NCBI GenBank assembly: GCA_964589775.1
Contig: CAZPUN010000035.1
Span: 7,987 to 39,986 of the forward strand
Source: an uncultured archaeon
GTDB lineage: Archaea > Asgardarchaeota > Thorarchaeia > Thorarchaeales > CAZPUN01
Direction: 5' to 3'
DNA: 32,000 nucleotides
The notes below the pieces were generated by a model. It had not been told where the DNA came from. It saw only the letters and a program-made list of their open reading frames with translations, and did not search any database. The position numbers and the translations under genes were made by a program. Shown piece after piece: positions 18,033 to 27,508 of the stretch (position 1 is the stretch's first letter; each line of letters opens with the position of its first letter).

Positions 18033-19118
18033 TTATAATTCCCGTTCTTCATCTTTTATAAAGAAAAGCCTGCCTTTTAAGTTTACGCTATGTACAGATT
18101 CACCTGGAGAAAGAATTAATGGAACTTGTTTGCGATCAATATCAATGATTTCATAATTTCCGTTATCCATTAATTGGATACTGGTAGGGGTCACCGAAAG
18201 AACCATTAATGTTCGCGTTTCAGAGCCATCCTTGAGAAAAACAATTTTTTGAAACTTGTTACTATCAATTGATACAGAAAACGTATTATGCTCGACAAGA
18301 TTTAGACAAACTAATCTTTTTCGTTCATTGCGTAAAACCATGGATGGAATTCGGTCAACTTCGATAAAATCACCCTTTCTGAAGCGAGGAAGCCGTACAA
18401 CAACAGTTCGTAAATATCTTCTTTCACCACTTTTAGGGTCGACTCCAACTAACTTGAAGGATTCTTTTATCGTCCCTAAGAACTGATCTCTTATTTCAAC
18501 AGCAATTGCTTTACAAAGATGCTCAGAGCCAACATCAAGAGTTAACCCGCCAAATCGCTCGTGAGTGATTTCAGAAATATATGCTTTTGAATCATGACCA
18601 TAAGCATTATTTAACATACTATATATTATAGAAGTGATCTCTCGTTCTTCACTCTCATCTAATTTACGTTCATCTGCACGAATTTGTAAAATAGATTCAT
18701 GATGCCCGCCATGTCTAAGAGAACAACTACGACATAAAGAGAATTCGATTTTTATAGGCACCACATGTTTTTCAGGATAAGGGGGTATTAATCGATGTGT
18801 GGTCCCATAAATAACAACTTCTGCCGTAGCATGAGTGTTATCGTGCTCCAAAATTTTTACGGTAATTGTATAATCCTTATTTTTGATATACTTGTCTCTT
18901 ATTATTTTTGAAACTGCCATTTCTAAGTGTTCAACATAATTAGTTGTCGTAGGAACAATCCACTTACCTCTATGCCAATAAGAATAACAATCCCTACAGA
19001 TTTTTAATGTGATATTAGGAATTGGATTAGACAAGGGGTGATCGTGTTTGTAACATTCAATACATTGCCCATCAATTAATGGGCCTTCACCCCCACAAAC
19101 ATAGCATACATTAGGCAT
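18033..19118 (-). CDS. nmd3: Nmd3 family large-subunit biogenesis protein
   Basis: Four CxxC pairs (CYVC, CIEC, CRDC, CRSC), GGHHESILQIR, KLVG, RLP plus OB tail; ATG at 19118 after GGGGTG (19133 is an alternative). Confidence 0.88.
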   Translation of the reverse strand: MPNVCYVCGGEGPLIDGQCIECYKHDHPLSNPIPNITLKICRDCYSYWHRGKWIVPTTTNYVEHLEMAVSKIIRDKYIKNKDYTITVKILEHDNTHATAEVVIYGTTHRLIPPYPEKHVVPIKIEFSLCRSCSLRHGGHHESILQIRADERKLDESEEREITSIIYSMLNNAYGHDSKAYISEITHERFGGLTLDVGSEHLCKAIAVEIRDQFLGTIKESFKLVGVDPKSGERRYLRTVVVRLPRFRKGDFIEVDRIPSMVLRNERKRLVCLNLVEHNTFSVSIDSNKFQKIVFLKDGSETRTLMVLSVTPTSIQLMDNGNYEIIDIDRKQVPLILSPGESVHSVNLKGRLFFIKDEEREL

Positions 19119-19143
19119 ATCAAAACACCCCATAATGGATCCT

Positions 19144-19443
19144 TTATAGTCTCATCCATTGAGCATGGGGAACATCACCAATCCAGAGAACCGCTTCTTC
19201 ATGAATGTATCCAGCTTTTATCGCACCTTGTACGGATTCCTTTCCGATAAGATTTGCAATTGTTGCTACACTTAATGCTTCAATTGCATTATCTAATGGA
19301 ATTACTTTTCCACCGTAAAATGATTCGCTAATATTAAATTCGATATCGCCATGTTTCAATGTTTTTCCAAGTAATTCGTAATCACATAGGGTGACAATGA
19401 CGTGACTTTCACGTCGTTTTATACTGAAATGAACATTCACCAT
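19144..19443 (-). CDS. DUF424 family protein
   Basis: CDYELLGK, FYGG, ATIANLIG, GYI, VPHAQ; conserved position between aIF2beta and Nmd3. Confidence 0.85.
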   Translation of the reverse strand: MVNVHFSIKRRESHVIVTLCDYELLGKTLKHGDIEFNISESFYGGKVIPLDNAIEALSVATIANLIGKESVQGAIKAGYIHEEAVLWIGDVPHAQWMRL

Positions 19444-19457
19444 CTAACGATCACCAA

Positions 19458-19874
19458 TTATATCAATTTTACAGATGTTCTAGCACCACATGCATGACAA
19501 ACAAGAAACAATGTTTTCCCTTCACGCCTAAGTTCAGTATCAGGCTTATGGCAAACTGGGCATATTACGTACATATTTGTATATTCACGTATTGATTCAT
19601 TAATTGAATCTGTTGAAAATTTACCTTGAAGAACCACACGATGGCCTTCAATAGTACCCGCAGTACCCAGTTGCCCAGATATGTACTTTAAAACTTCATG
19701 CACATCACGATTTAATATGTCTACAATATCAAAGAAATTTCGAACAATCGTACGATTTCCTTCAATAAATGACACGGCTTCTGGAATTTTAAATCGTTCT
19801 CCTTTATCAAATGCGCCTTCTGGAATTTGAGAACGGGCACGATCTAGTAATTCTTCATAATCTTTGAGTTCCAT
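19458..19874 (-). CDS. eif2b: Translation initiation factor aIF-2 beta
   Basis: YEELLDRA, ERFKIP, GNRTIVRNF, LNR, LGT, YVICPVCHKPDT, CHACGA zinc ribbon. Confidence 0.96.
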   Translation of the reverse strand: MELKDYEELLDRARSQIPEGAFDKGERFKIPEAVSFIEGNRTIVRNFFDIVDILNRDVHEVLKYISGQLGTAGTIEGHRVVLQGKFSTDSINESIREYTNMYVICPVCHKPDTELRREGKTLFLVCHACGARTSVKLI

Positions 19875-19885
19875 TTTATAATCAC

Positions 19886-20566
19886 CTATTCTAGAGATTT
19901 GAATTTTCCTTGAGTTGGCTCGTAGATTTCACCTTCAGATATTAAATTACGTAATGCATCTTTAATTTTATCTTCTGATACACCGGGGAGATTTTTGACG
20001 ATTTCCGCATACGCTACTCCTGCAGATTTTCCTTGCCTTATAATATTAAGGATGCGTATGTCTAAGGGCGAATCATCATCTACAACCATTTCTTGTACGA
20101 CATGCGCCTCAGGTGTAGTAGATTCAGTAGAAATATCAGAGATATTGCTTTTCTCACCCATTGTTAAGATAGCATATAATCGTTCCAGTCTGTGCAATGT
20201 TTCCCAATTCAAATCATCGAGTTTTGATACTATTTCAGGAGAGATAAATCGTTCATTTCCCGACTCTCGAACCTTCCCAATAACGCGTACTAAATCTCCA
20301 ACCTCAATATCTGCAAGAAGTGCCATTTCAGCTCTCCATGCTTTAATAGCGATCGTATCGGAACCATCATCCAATATTAGTGATCGAAATGAACGTTCAG
20401 GATTCCCAAACTCTGCAACAATCATCCCAACAATAGAAACTCTAAGTACACTTAATCCGGATGGTGTTTTAATTCGCTTACCTTCTTGTAAATCTAAAAA
20501 TTCACCTTGTTTTATATCACTGATGAGTACACGTATTGTGGGAATCCGCTTAAATCTACCAAACAT
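19886..20566 (-). CDS. RPA32/RPA2-like OB-fold + winged-helix ssDNA-binding protein
   Basis: RVSIVG, LDDGSDTI, GDLVRVIGKVR OB fold; linker; C-terminal wH (LISEGEIYEPTQGKFK); ATG at 20566 after GGAG. Confidence 0.82.
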   Translation of the reverse strand: MFGRFKRIPTIRVLISDIKQGEFLDLQEGKRIKTPSGLSVLRVSIVGMIVAEFGNPERSFRSLILDDGSDTIAIKAWRAEMALLADIEVGDLVRVIGKVRESGNERFISPEIVSKLDDLNWETLHRLERLYAILTMGEKSNISDISTESTTPEAHVVQEMVVDDDSPLDIRILNIIRQGKSAGVAYAEIVKNLPGVSEDKIKDALRNLISEGEIYEPTQGKFKSLE

Positions 20567-20684
20567 ATTCAAAATCTCCAATTTTGAGATTATTAAAATT
20601 CTCATATTTTTTACTCATAAATTTATTTGTTTGCTATTATATAATAACTACTATTATTATAAAAAATAAAAGAATAAAATTATT

Positions 20685-21719
20685 TCAAAAGAAATCCTCA
20701 AGGCTCGTTTGAATCCCAGATCCCTTTAACTTTTTGTAAGCATTGTTTAGACGAGAAATACCCTTTTCAACTCGTTCACGATTGAAATCATGCTCTTCAC
20801 AAAGGAATTCAACAAGCTTATCAGGATCTGGAACAGAAAGATCTGGAATTGGCAAATCAATAACTTCGGGATTTAGAAAAATATTCCGTACTGTCTCATA
20901 ATCAAAATCAATAGAGTAGTTCTTAGCTTTAACTATTTCATTAAATGAGCCATATTTCTTAATTAATTTCAAAGCTGTTTTGGGACCCACTCCAGGAATT
21001 TTATCATTAAAATCGGTTCCTATAAGAATACCAATATCAATTAACTGTTCATGTGAAATATCTAATTCAGAGAGAACCCGGTCTAATTCGATCAATGTAG
21101 GATAAACTTGAACATAGATGTTTTTTCCAGGTAATTTTCGGCGCTCAGAAAGTGTAAGATTTCGTATCAAACGAGGAGATCCAAACAATAGAGAATCAAA
21201 ATCTTGACTTGCAGATGACCAAGCTTTGTTTTTCTTGACTAGAAAGGCAGCTTGGGCTTCACCTTCGGATGGAGCCTGTATAATAGGAATCCCCATATAT
21301 GATAATAATTGCTTACTTGATTCTATGATATCTTCAGATAAGCGTGAAGAAGACCTAGCAGCCTTATATGCATCTTCAATTCGTCCTTCTTTTAGAGCAG
21401 TTTTCCACTTTACGTAAGATTCCTCACGTATCTTTCTACGATTTTCTATTTCTTTTGCTTTTAATAATGGTGGCTTCCCATCAAATACAAATGCAACAAT
21501 AACTTCAGATTCAATAAGACTAATTGTTCTATAAAACAGACCAGTCAGATGGCTTGTGATGCGACCTTTAGAATCAACTAATGGCATTCCATCCGGCTGC
21601 CTAATTGTAGATAAAAATTGATATAAAACATTAAATGCATCAATTACGATTTTTTTCCCAGATAACTCATTTAAGCGAATTTCTTTTGAAGGCACAAGTT
21701 TGCCCAAGTCAGTACCCAT
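20685..21719 (-). CDS. fen: Flap endonuclease 1
   Basis: MGTDLG start, IDAFNVLYQFL, FVFDG, APSEGEAQAA, SQDFDSLLFG, GTDFN, PIP box QTSLEDFF. Confidence 0.97.
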   Translation of the reverse strand: MGTDLGKLVPSKEIRLNELSGKKIVIDAFNVLYQFLSTIRQPDGMPLVDSKGRITSHLTGLFYRTISLIESEVIVAFVFDGKPPLLKAKEIENRRKIREESYVKWKTALKEGRIEDAYKAARSSSRLSEDIIESSKQLLSYMGIPIIQAPSEGEAQAAFLVKKNKAWSSASQDFDSLLFGSPRLIRNLTLSERRKLPGKNIYVQVYPTLIELDRVLSELDISHEQLIDIGILIGTDFNDKIPGVGPKTALKLIKKYGSFNEIVKAKNYSIDFDYETVRNIFLNPEVIDLPIPDLSVPDPDKLVEFLCEEHDFNRERVEKGISRLNNAYKKLKGSGIQTSLEDFF

Positions 21720-21833
21720 AAGAGTCAGCTCCATCAAGTATAAAACAAAATACTTTTATCTCATTTACAGAATTTGTTTTCTAATTATCAATTTATCTCT
21801 TATTGATTTAAAAATTTAAAGAAATGCAACTCT

Positions 21834-21847
21834 CGAAAGGTTTAAAA
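21834..21847 (+). promoter_or_regulatory. BRE/TATA promoter of the Zn-ribbon/aEF-1beta unit
   Basis: CGAAAGG-TTTAAAA about 60 nt upstream of the ATG at 21908. Confidence 0.5.
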
Positions 21848-21907
21848 CAAATTTAAAGTTTGAACACAATGCCGTGGGCGAAATTAAAAATTTCGGCGGG
21901 ATGATAA

Positions 21908-22081
21908 ATGTCAATAAAAATGCCAAAATGCAACTCATGTCATAATATAATTGCACCTGATGAATTATCAGTCAAATTCAAATGCCCAAATTGCGGTCAA
22001 GTTGAAATATGGCGATGCGAAAAGTGTAGAGTGTTCTCTAATAAGTATCGCTGTCCAAAATGTGGATTCGAAGGCCCGTAA
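21908..22081 (+). CDS. Small four-CxxC zinc-finger protein (DUF1610/COG2888, HVO_2753-like); not in ORF track
   Basis: MSIKMPKCNSCHNIIAPDELSVKFKCPNCGQVEIWRCEKCRVFSNKYRCPKCGFEGP (57 aa); canonical position upstream of aEF-1beta. Confidence 0.92.
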   Translation: MSIKMPKCNSCHNIIAPDELSVKFKCPNCGQVEIWRCEKCRVFSNKYRCPKCGFEGP

Positions 22082-22095
22082 AAGGAGGATAAAAA

Positions 22096-22359
22096 ATGGG
22101 TAGTGTTTTAATAACATATAAAGTAATGCCAGATGGTGTAGACACCGATTTGGAAGCAATAACAAAACAAATTAAAGACAAAGCACCAGAAGGTGTAGAA
22201 GTAGCTGGAGTAGATAAACAGCCAATCGCTTTTGGACTTAATGCGCTAATAATTAATGTTGTTATGGATGAAAACCGGGATTCCGAAGATTTTGAGAAAT
22301 TTATTAAACAGATACCCGGAGTAAGCCAAGTTGATGTAGCGGGTATGACTCGCCTATAG
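22096..22359 (+). CDS. ef1b: Elongation factor 1-beta
   Basis: KVMPDG, PIAFGLNAL; SD AGGAGG. Confidence 0.95.
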   Translation: MGSVLITYKVMPDGVDTDLEAITKQIKDKAPEGVEVAGVDKQPIAFGLNALIINVVMDENRDSEDFEKFIKQIPGVSQVDVAGMTRL

Positions 22360-22368
22360 ATTTTTACA

Positions 22369-22404
22369 AACAATTTTCCGGGGTAAATTTCCCCGGAAGT
22401 TGTT
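22369..22404. terminator. GC-rich stem-loop downstream of aEF-1beta
   Basis: TTCCGGGG-TAAATTT-CCCCGGAA (22376-22398), extendable by AACAA/TTGTT. Confidence 0.45.
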
Positions 22405-22467
22405 GTCATTAAGGAAATTGTTTTTAAATATAATAAAAGAAACTATTGATATGAGGTGGCGGCTTCT

Positions 22468-24669
22468 ATGAGTATCATTCTGAAAGTAGCTGAAGCAGAA
22501 CATAGAGATATTGGACGATTCATAGTTAGAATGTCTAGCGAAAATATGAGAAAATTAGGAATACGATCTGGTGAAGTAGTCTTAATAAAAGGAACAAGCA
22601 CAACTGCTGCAATCGCATGGCCTGTATTTCAGAGCACTAGAGAAGAAAATATAATAAAAATGGATGGGCGCATTAGGAAAAACGCAGGTGTAAGTATAGG
22701 AGATAAGGTCGAAGTATCAAAAGCAGAAACAAAGACCGCAAAGCAAGTATTTTTAGCGCCAACATATGTACCATTTCAACCAGATTCAAAATATGAGGAA
22801 TTTATTAAACGCCGCCTCCTCAATAATCCGATTACTGAAAACGATATTGTGGCGATACCGATATTAGGGCGTGCAATTCCATTTAAAGTTTTAAAAGTTA
22901 AACCTGAAGGCGTAGTAATTATTCGCGGAAATACAATTTTGAAAATATCAGACAGAGGCGTAGCTGATGCAATTAGTTCATCAGCGGTTTCGTATGAAGA
23001 TATTGGAGGGTTAAGTGAAGCAAAAGAAAAGATCAGAGAAATGGTAGAACTTCCGTTACGACATCCAGAAATATTTAAGCGATTAGGAATTGATCCCCCC
23101 CGAGGAGTTCTACTATATGGGCCACCAGGCTGTGGAAAAACTCTATTAGCACGAGCAGTAGCTTCCGAATCAGAAGCACATTTTATTCATATTAATGGCC
23201 CAGAAATTATGTCAAAGTTCTATGGCGAATCTGAGCAACGTTTAAGAAAGATCTTTGATGAAGCCGAGAAAAATGCACCAAGTATAATTTTTGTGGATGA
23301 AATCGATGCAATAGCGCCTAAGAGAGAAGATGTGCAAGGCGAAGTAGAAAGAAGAGTTGTAGCACAATTATTAGCAAATATGGATGGATTAAAAGAACGC
23401 GGACAAGTTATTGTAATTGGAGCTACAAATAGAGTAAATGCATTAGATCCTGCATTAAGAAGACCAGGACGATTCGATAGAGAAATTGAAATTGGTGTCC
23501 CAGATAACAAAGAGCGATTAGAAATCTTAGAAATTCATTCTCATGCAAAGGGTATGCCATTAGCTAAAGAAGGTCCCGATAAAGTAGATTTGGAAGCATT
23601 AGCAAATATGACACATGGATTTGTTGGTGCAGACCTTCAAGCATTATGTAAAGAAGCCGCAATGAAAGCATTAAGACGTTATCTACCAGAAATTGACTTA
23701 GATACAGAAATAATTCCAGAGGACCTATTACTTCGAATGAAAGTAAGACAATCAGACTTCCTAGCAGCACTTAAAGAGGTTCATCCATCCGCAATTAGAG
23801 AAGTTTTTGTAGAGATACCCAATGTTCATTGGTCAGATATTGGAGGCCTTAAAGAAACAAAACAAGAATTAATTGAAGTTGTAGAATGGCCAATAAAATA
23901 CCCAGAAGCATTCCAAAGAATAGGAATACACCCACCTAGAGGCGTATTACTCTATGGGCCGCCCGGATGCGGAAAAACCATGCTCGCAAAAGCAATAGCT
24001 ACCGAAAGTAAAGCGAATTTCATTAGTGTTAAAGGACCAGAATTACTTAGCAAATGGGTTGGTGAATCCGAGCGTGCAATTAGAGATGTCTTTAGGAAAG
24101 CACGTACTGCGGCCCCAGCGATTATTTTCTTTGATGAAATTGATGCTTTAGCACCAGCTCGAGGGAGCTCACAAGGCGATAATAGAGTTTCTGAAAGAGT
24201 ATTAAGTCAATTACTTACTGAGATGGACGGTTTAGAATCATTAAAAGATGTCGTTGTGATTGCAGCAACAAATCGCCCCACTTTGGTTGATCCTGCACTT
24301 ATGAGACCCGGCCGATTTGATAGATTTGTGTATGTACCACCACCGACTATTGAAGAAAGAAAAGAAATATTTGAACTGTATTTGAAGAAAATGCCATTAG
24401 ATGATGATGTCGATATTAATGAACTCGTACGATTAACAAATGGATATGTGGGTTCAGATATAGAAGCAGTATGTAGAGAAGCAGGAATGCTCGCATTAAG
24501 AGAAGACATCAATGCAGAAAAAGTTTCCATGAAACATTTCAGAAATGCAGTAAATAGAGTACATCCAACAATAACCAAAGAAATGCTTAACTATTATAAG
24601 AATGCAGAAAACCTTTTCAAACGTCATCCTGGAAAATATGGAAAGAACGAAACACCATATATACAATAA
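22468..24669 (+). CDS. cdc48: Cdc48/p97/VAT double AAA+ ATPase
   Basis: N-domain; two GPPGCGKT Walker A, DEID Walker B and RPGRFDR motifs; ATG at 22468 after GAGGTG (GTG at 22456 is an alternative). Confidence 0.97.
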   Translation: MSIILKVAEAEHRDIGRFIVRMSSENMRKLGIRSGEVVLIKGTSTTAAIAWPVFQSTREENIIKMDGRIRKNAGVSIGDKVEVSKAETKTAKQVFLAPTYVPFQPDSKYEEFIKRRLLNNPITENDIVAIPILGRAIPFKVLKVKPEGVVIIRGNTILKISDRGVADAISSSAVSYEDIGGLSEAKEKIREMVELPLRHPEIFKRLGIDPPRGVLLYGPPGCGKTLLARAVASESEAHFIHINGPEIMSKFYGESEQRLRKIFDEAEKNAPSIIFVDEIDAIAPKREDVQGEVERRVVAQLLANMDGLKERGQVIVIGATNRVNALDPALRRPGRFDREIEIGVPDNKERLEILEIHSHAKGMPLAKEGPDKVDLEALANMTHGFVGADLQALCKEAAMKALRRYLPEIDLDTEIIPEDLLLRMKVRQSDFLAALKEVHPSAIREVFVEIPNVHWSDIGGLKETKQELIEVVEWPIKYPEAFQRIGIHPPRGVLLYGPPGCGKTMLAKAIATESKANFISVKGPELLSKWVGESERAIRDVFRKARTAAPAIIFFDEIDALAPARGSSQGDNRVSERVLSQLLTEMDGLESLKDVVVIAATNRPTLVDPALMRPGRFDRFVYVPPPTIEERKEIFELYLKKMPLDDDVDINELVRLTNGYVGSDIEAVCREAGMLALREDINAEKVSMKHFRNAVNRVHPTITKEMLNYYKNAENLFKRHPGKYGKNETPYIQ

Positions 24670-24686
24670 AAAATTGAGGTGAAAAA

Positions 24687-24950
24687 ATGACAAACAACAT
24701 TTGGATTTCAATACCACTAAAGAATTTAATAATAAACATCTTAGAAAAAAGACAAGGTGTTATAATAGATGATGATCTAGAACGTATTTTAAGCAGAGAA
24801 TATGGAGAATTAAGCCCTGCAGAATTGAATAGAGCATTAATGAGCTTGGAAATCAATGGAATAATTCATGTAAGTCAAATAACAAAAACAAAACGACGAA
24901 TTGAAAAAATTCGTAGCGGACAGGAATTTCTATCCATTGATGAGGATTAA
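24687..24950 (+). CDS. Small winged-helix protein directly downstream of cdc48
   Basis: PLKNLIINILEK...ELNRALMSLEINGIIHV wH pattern; SD GAGGTG. Confidence 0.7.
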   Translation: MTNNIWISIPLKNLIINILEKRQGVIIDDDLERILSREYGELSPAELNRALMSLEINGIIHVSQITKTKRRIEKIRSGQEFLSIDED

Positions 24951-24965
24951 TCGATGTGACTCGAA

Positions 24966-25430
24966 ATGGGGCTATTCAGAAAAACAAGAATTATAGCAGC
25001 AGGAAAATTTGATGTACTCCATGCAGGACATATCAAGTATCTAGAAGATGCAAAACGACTTGGCGGGAGACGCTCGGAATTAATCGTAATTATTGCAAGG
25101 GATTCAACAATCGAGAAAAGCAGAGGAAGCCCCCCGGTATTTCCTGAAGACCAACGGTTAATAATTGTCCAAAGCTTAAAACCAGTGGATAAAGCGATCT
25201 TAGGTTATGAAAATACGGATAAATATCAAATAATTTTTGATTTAAAACCAGACATAATTGCACTAGGCTATGATCAACCAACAAACGAAAACGAATTAGA
25301 TAAGGCTCTAAAAGCACGCAAAATTAATGCTAAAATAATTAGATTAAAAAAGTGGGGCAATGATAATTATGCAAAATCATCACGCATAAGAGAACGCGTA
25401 ATAAATATAGAGAAAAAAAATCACAAATAA
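24966..25430 (+). CDS. ribL: Archaeal FAD synthase (cytidylyltransferase family)
   Basis: GKFDVLHAGH, VIIARD, VDKAILG, PDIIALGYDQ, SSRI. Confidence 0.85.
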   Translation: MGLFRKTRIIAAGKFDVLHAGHIKYLEDAKRLGGRRSELIVIIARDSTIEKSRGSPPVFPEDQRLIIVQSLKPVDKAILGYENTDKYQIIFDLKPDIIALGYDQPTNENELDKALKARKINAKIIRLKKWGNDNYAKSSRIRERVINIEKKNHK

Positions 25431-25511
25431 GTTATTTAGTAAAAGTTTTATGATTGTTTTTTCTTTAAATGAAAAAACAAGAGACATTCCCCAACAAAAA
25501 TATTTTGCGAG

Positions 25512-26657
25512 ATGAATCTGATGAAAACCATTGCAAAGCGATATTGGAAATTGCTCACAGTTATATTTATCATTGGACTGATTGTCATTCCAATTGCAGA
25601 CATGCACATCATCGAGAGGGATCGAAACAGAAATGAAATATACGGGGAGCTGTTTTGGCAAATTGGATTTAATGTTTACAAAATTAATGATAACATATTA
25701 AAAACACAATATAATGTATCAGAAGACCACTTACTAGCAAGCTATTTGAATGTAACTTATGAATATCCCGTTATTACATTATTATTTTTTGCATTCATTA
25801 CAGGGATTTTCCCTGGAATACATGGGCTTCAACATATATTCATTAATATAGTATTATTGATAATATATATCGCAAATCTTCTATTAATATTATATATCGG
25901 AAGAAAATATCTAGAAAAATCATGGTTTAAATTAGTGTTTTCAGCGTATGCAATATATGGATTTATTATGGCAGTTTTTGGAGGAAAAGTTGAACCATTA
26001 ACAGATTTCTTTTTCTTACTATCGATCTATTTTATGCAACGAAATAACACCAAAATGGGTCATTTTCTTTTGGGAATTTCAGTACAAACAAAAGTATATA
26101 CAGCAATAGCTTTTCCAATCTATTTCATAATAGCGCCAATTGATTCGATTTTCTTCTTCCTATCATTACTGATTACTGTTATTCCATTCATAAGTACAGG
26201 ATTATCATATGATACATTAGTTAGACACTTCCTAAATGATACGGGATATAGCCCATACGCTACAAACTCACTCTGGTTAGGCAGAGTATTCTTAAATCCA
26301 TGGTCGATAACTACATTCATTATATTCATAATATTGGAGATCTTTACAATATTTAAATTCGATAAAGAGCCCAATTCAAAGTTTGGAATAAAAGTAAGCT
26401 TCAGAATAAGAAGCCTACAGGATATTTATATGGTATTATTCCCGGGAACACTATTCCTTTACAGATGGGTAATGCCATGGTACTTCGGATGGTTCATTCC
26501 ACTAACATTGATACTCAAAAAAGAACAAAGCGTATACTACTATCTACGAGTAATTACAATAATTGGATTCCTTTATGTTTTAGGGATCTTGATTAACATC
26601 AACTATTATCTCACAAATGGACTATTACAAGAATTCGTGGGGCACTTCCAACCATAA
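25512..26657 (+). CDS. Polytopic GT-C-like glycosyltransferase (GT87/PIG-M-like)
   Basis: About 10 TM segments, first loop ending YEYP, LGISVQTKVY (GxxxxxKxY) and VMPWYFGWFIPL motifs. Confidence 0.6.
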   Translation: MNLMKTIAKRYWKLLTVIFIIGLIVIPIADMHIIERDRNRNEIYGELFWQIGFNVYKINDNILKTQYNVSEDHLLASYLNVTYEYPVITLLFFAFITGIFPGIHGLQHIFINIVLLIIYIANLLLILYIGRKYLEKSWFKLVFSAYAIYGFIMAVFGGKVEPLTDFFFLLSIYFMQRNNTKMGHFLLGISVQTKVYTAIAFPIYFIIAPIDSIFFFLSLLITVIPFISTGLSYDTLVRHFLNDTGYSPYATNSLWLGRVFLNPWSITTFIIFIILEIFTIFKFDKEPNSKFGIKVSFRIRSLQDIYMVLFPGTLFLYRWVMPWYFGWFIPLTLILKKEQSVYYYLRVITIIGFLYVLGILININYYLTNGLLQEFVGHFQP

Positions 26658-26690
26658 GTGACCCCTATTATACTCTTTTTACGTTATATT

Positions 26691-26703
26691 AGAAAAATTT
26701 ATA
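26691..26703 (+). promoter_or_regulatory. BRE/TATA for the tRNA gene
   Basis: AGAAAAA-TTTATA ending about 25 nt before the tRNA 5' end. Confidence 0.6.
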
Positions 26704-26727
26704 CGTATATCTTTGAGTATATTGTAC

Positions 26728-26818
26728 GGGTCCGTAGCTCAGTAAGGTAGAGCGACAGGCTCTTATCAATTCGGGAGAAACTTGTTGGTCGCGGGTTCAA
26801 ATCCCGCCGGGCCCGCCA
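26728..26818 (+). tRNA. tRNA-Lys(CTT) with a 14-nt intron at 37/38 (26766-26779), CCA encoded
   Basis: Acceptor GGGTCCG/CGGGCCC, D arm GCTC/GAGC, anticodon stem ACAGG/CTTGT, loop CT-CTT-A, T arm GCGGG-TTCAAAT-CCCGC, discriminator G, then CCA. Confidence 0.92.
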
Positions 26819-26903
26819 AATTTTAAATAGACAAATATAGCAAAAGTTTTATGCGAATTAATAAGATTAGAGTCTTAGTTCTAAATTTTAGAGGAAGCAG
26901 AAA

Positions 26904-27503
26904 ATGTCAGAAATGTCAATATTTGGTGCAACGGTTGTTGGTGTTACATGTAAAGATGGTGTGATTTTAGCATCAGAAAAGAGAATTGCATGGAATAATA
27001 TGATCATTACAAAGAATGCGAAAAAAATTTTTCTAATAAATGATAGAATAGCAATTGGATCCGCGGGACTAACAAGCGATTTCCAAGTTTTAATACGAAG
27101 CATCCAAGCTCAAATAAACATATATGAGTTACAAAATCGGCGAAAAATGTCTGTAAAAGCAGTTGCAAAATTAATTTCGAATATATTATATCAACGAAAA
27201 TTCATGCCACTATTTGTACAAACTATAATTGTAGGAATGGACGAAGATGGACCTAAATTATATACATTAGATCCTGCAGGATCTTTAATAGATGATAAAT
27301 ACGCAACCGCAGGAACAGGTTCTCCAGTATCAATTGGAGTTTTAGAACGAGAATACAAAGATACATTGACAGTAGCACAAGCAGAAAAAATGGTTGTTGC
27401 AGCAATTAAAGCGGGAATTTCTAGAGATGCAATGTCTGGAGATGGCATAGACTTAATTAAAATCACAAATAAAGGCGCAAAGGAAAAAACTGTAAAATTA
27501 TAA
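26904..27503 (+). CDS. psmB: 20S proteasome beta subunit, probably non-catalytic
   Basis: GATVVG...DGVILASEKR...KKI...AG...SD...DPAGS...GTGS...RDAMSG. Confidence 0.93.
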   Translation: MSEMSIFGATVVGVTCKDGVILASEKRIAWNNMIITKNAKKIFLINDRIAIGSAGLTSDFQVLIRSIQAQINIYELQNRRKMSVKAVAKLISNILYQRKFMPLFVQTIIVGMDEDGPKLYTLDPAGSLIDDKYATAGTGSPVSIGVLEREYKDTLTVAQAEKMVVAAIKAGISRDAMSGDGIDLIKITNKGAKEKTVKL

Positions 27504-27508
27504 AAAAG

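Noticed and set aside
19995-20669. 224-aa plus-strand ORF and the other short antisense ORFs in the track (e.g. 611-979, 4177-4653, 22038-22409, 24207-24578)
   Set aside because: All overlap well-supported genes on the opposite strand or in another frame and show no motifs.
22369-22404. SECIS element or ORB origin motif
   Set aside because: No in-frame TGA candidate in neighbouring genes and no match to ORB consensus or multiple copies.
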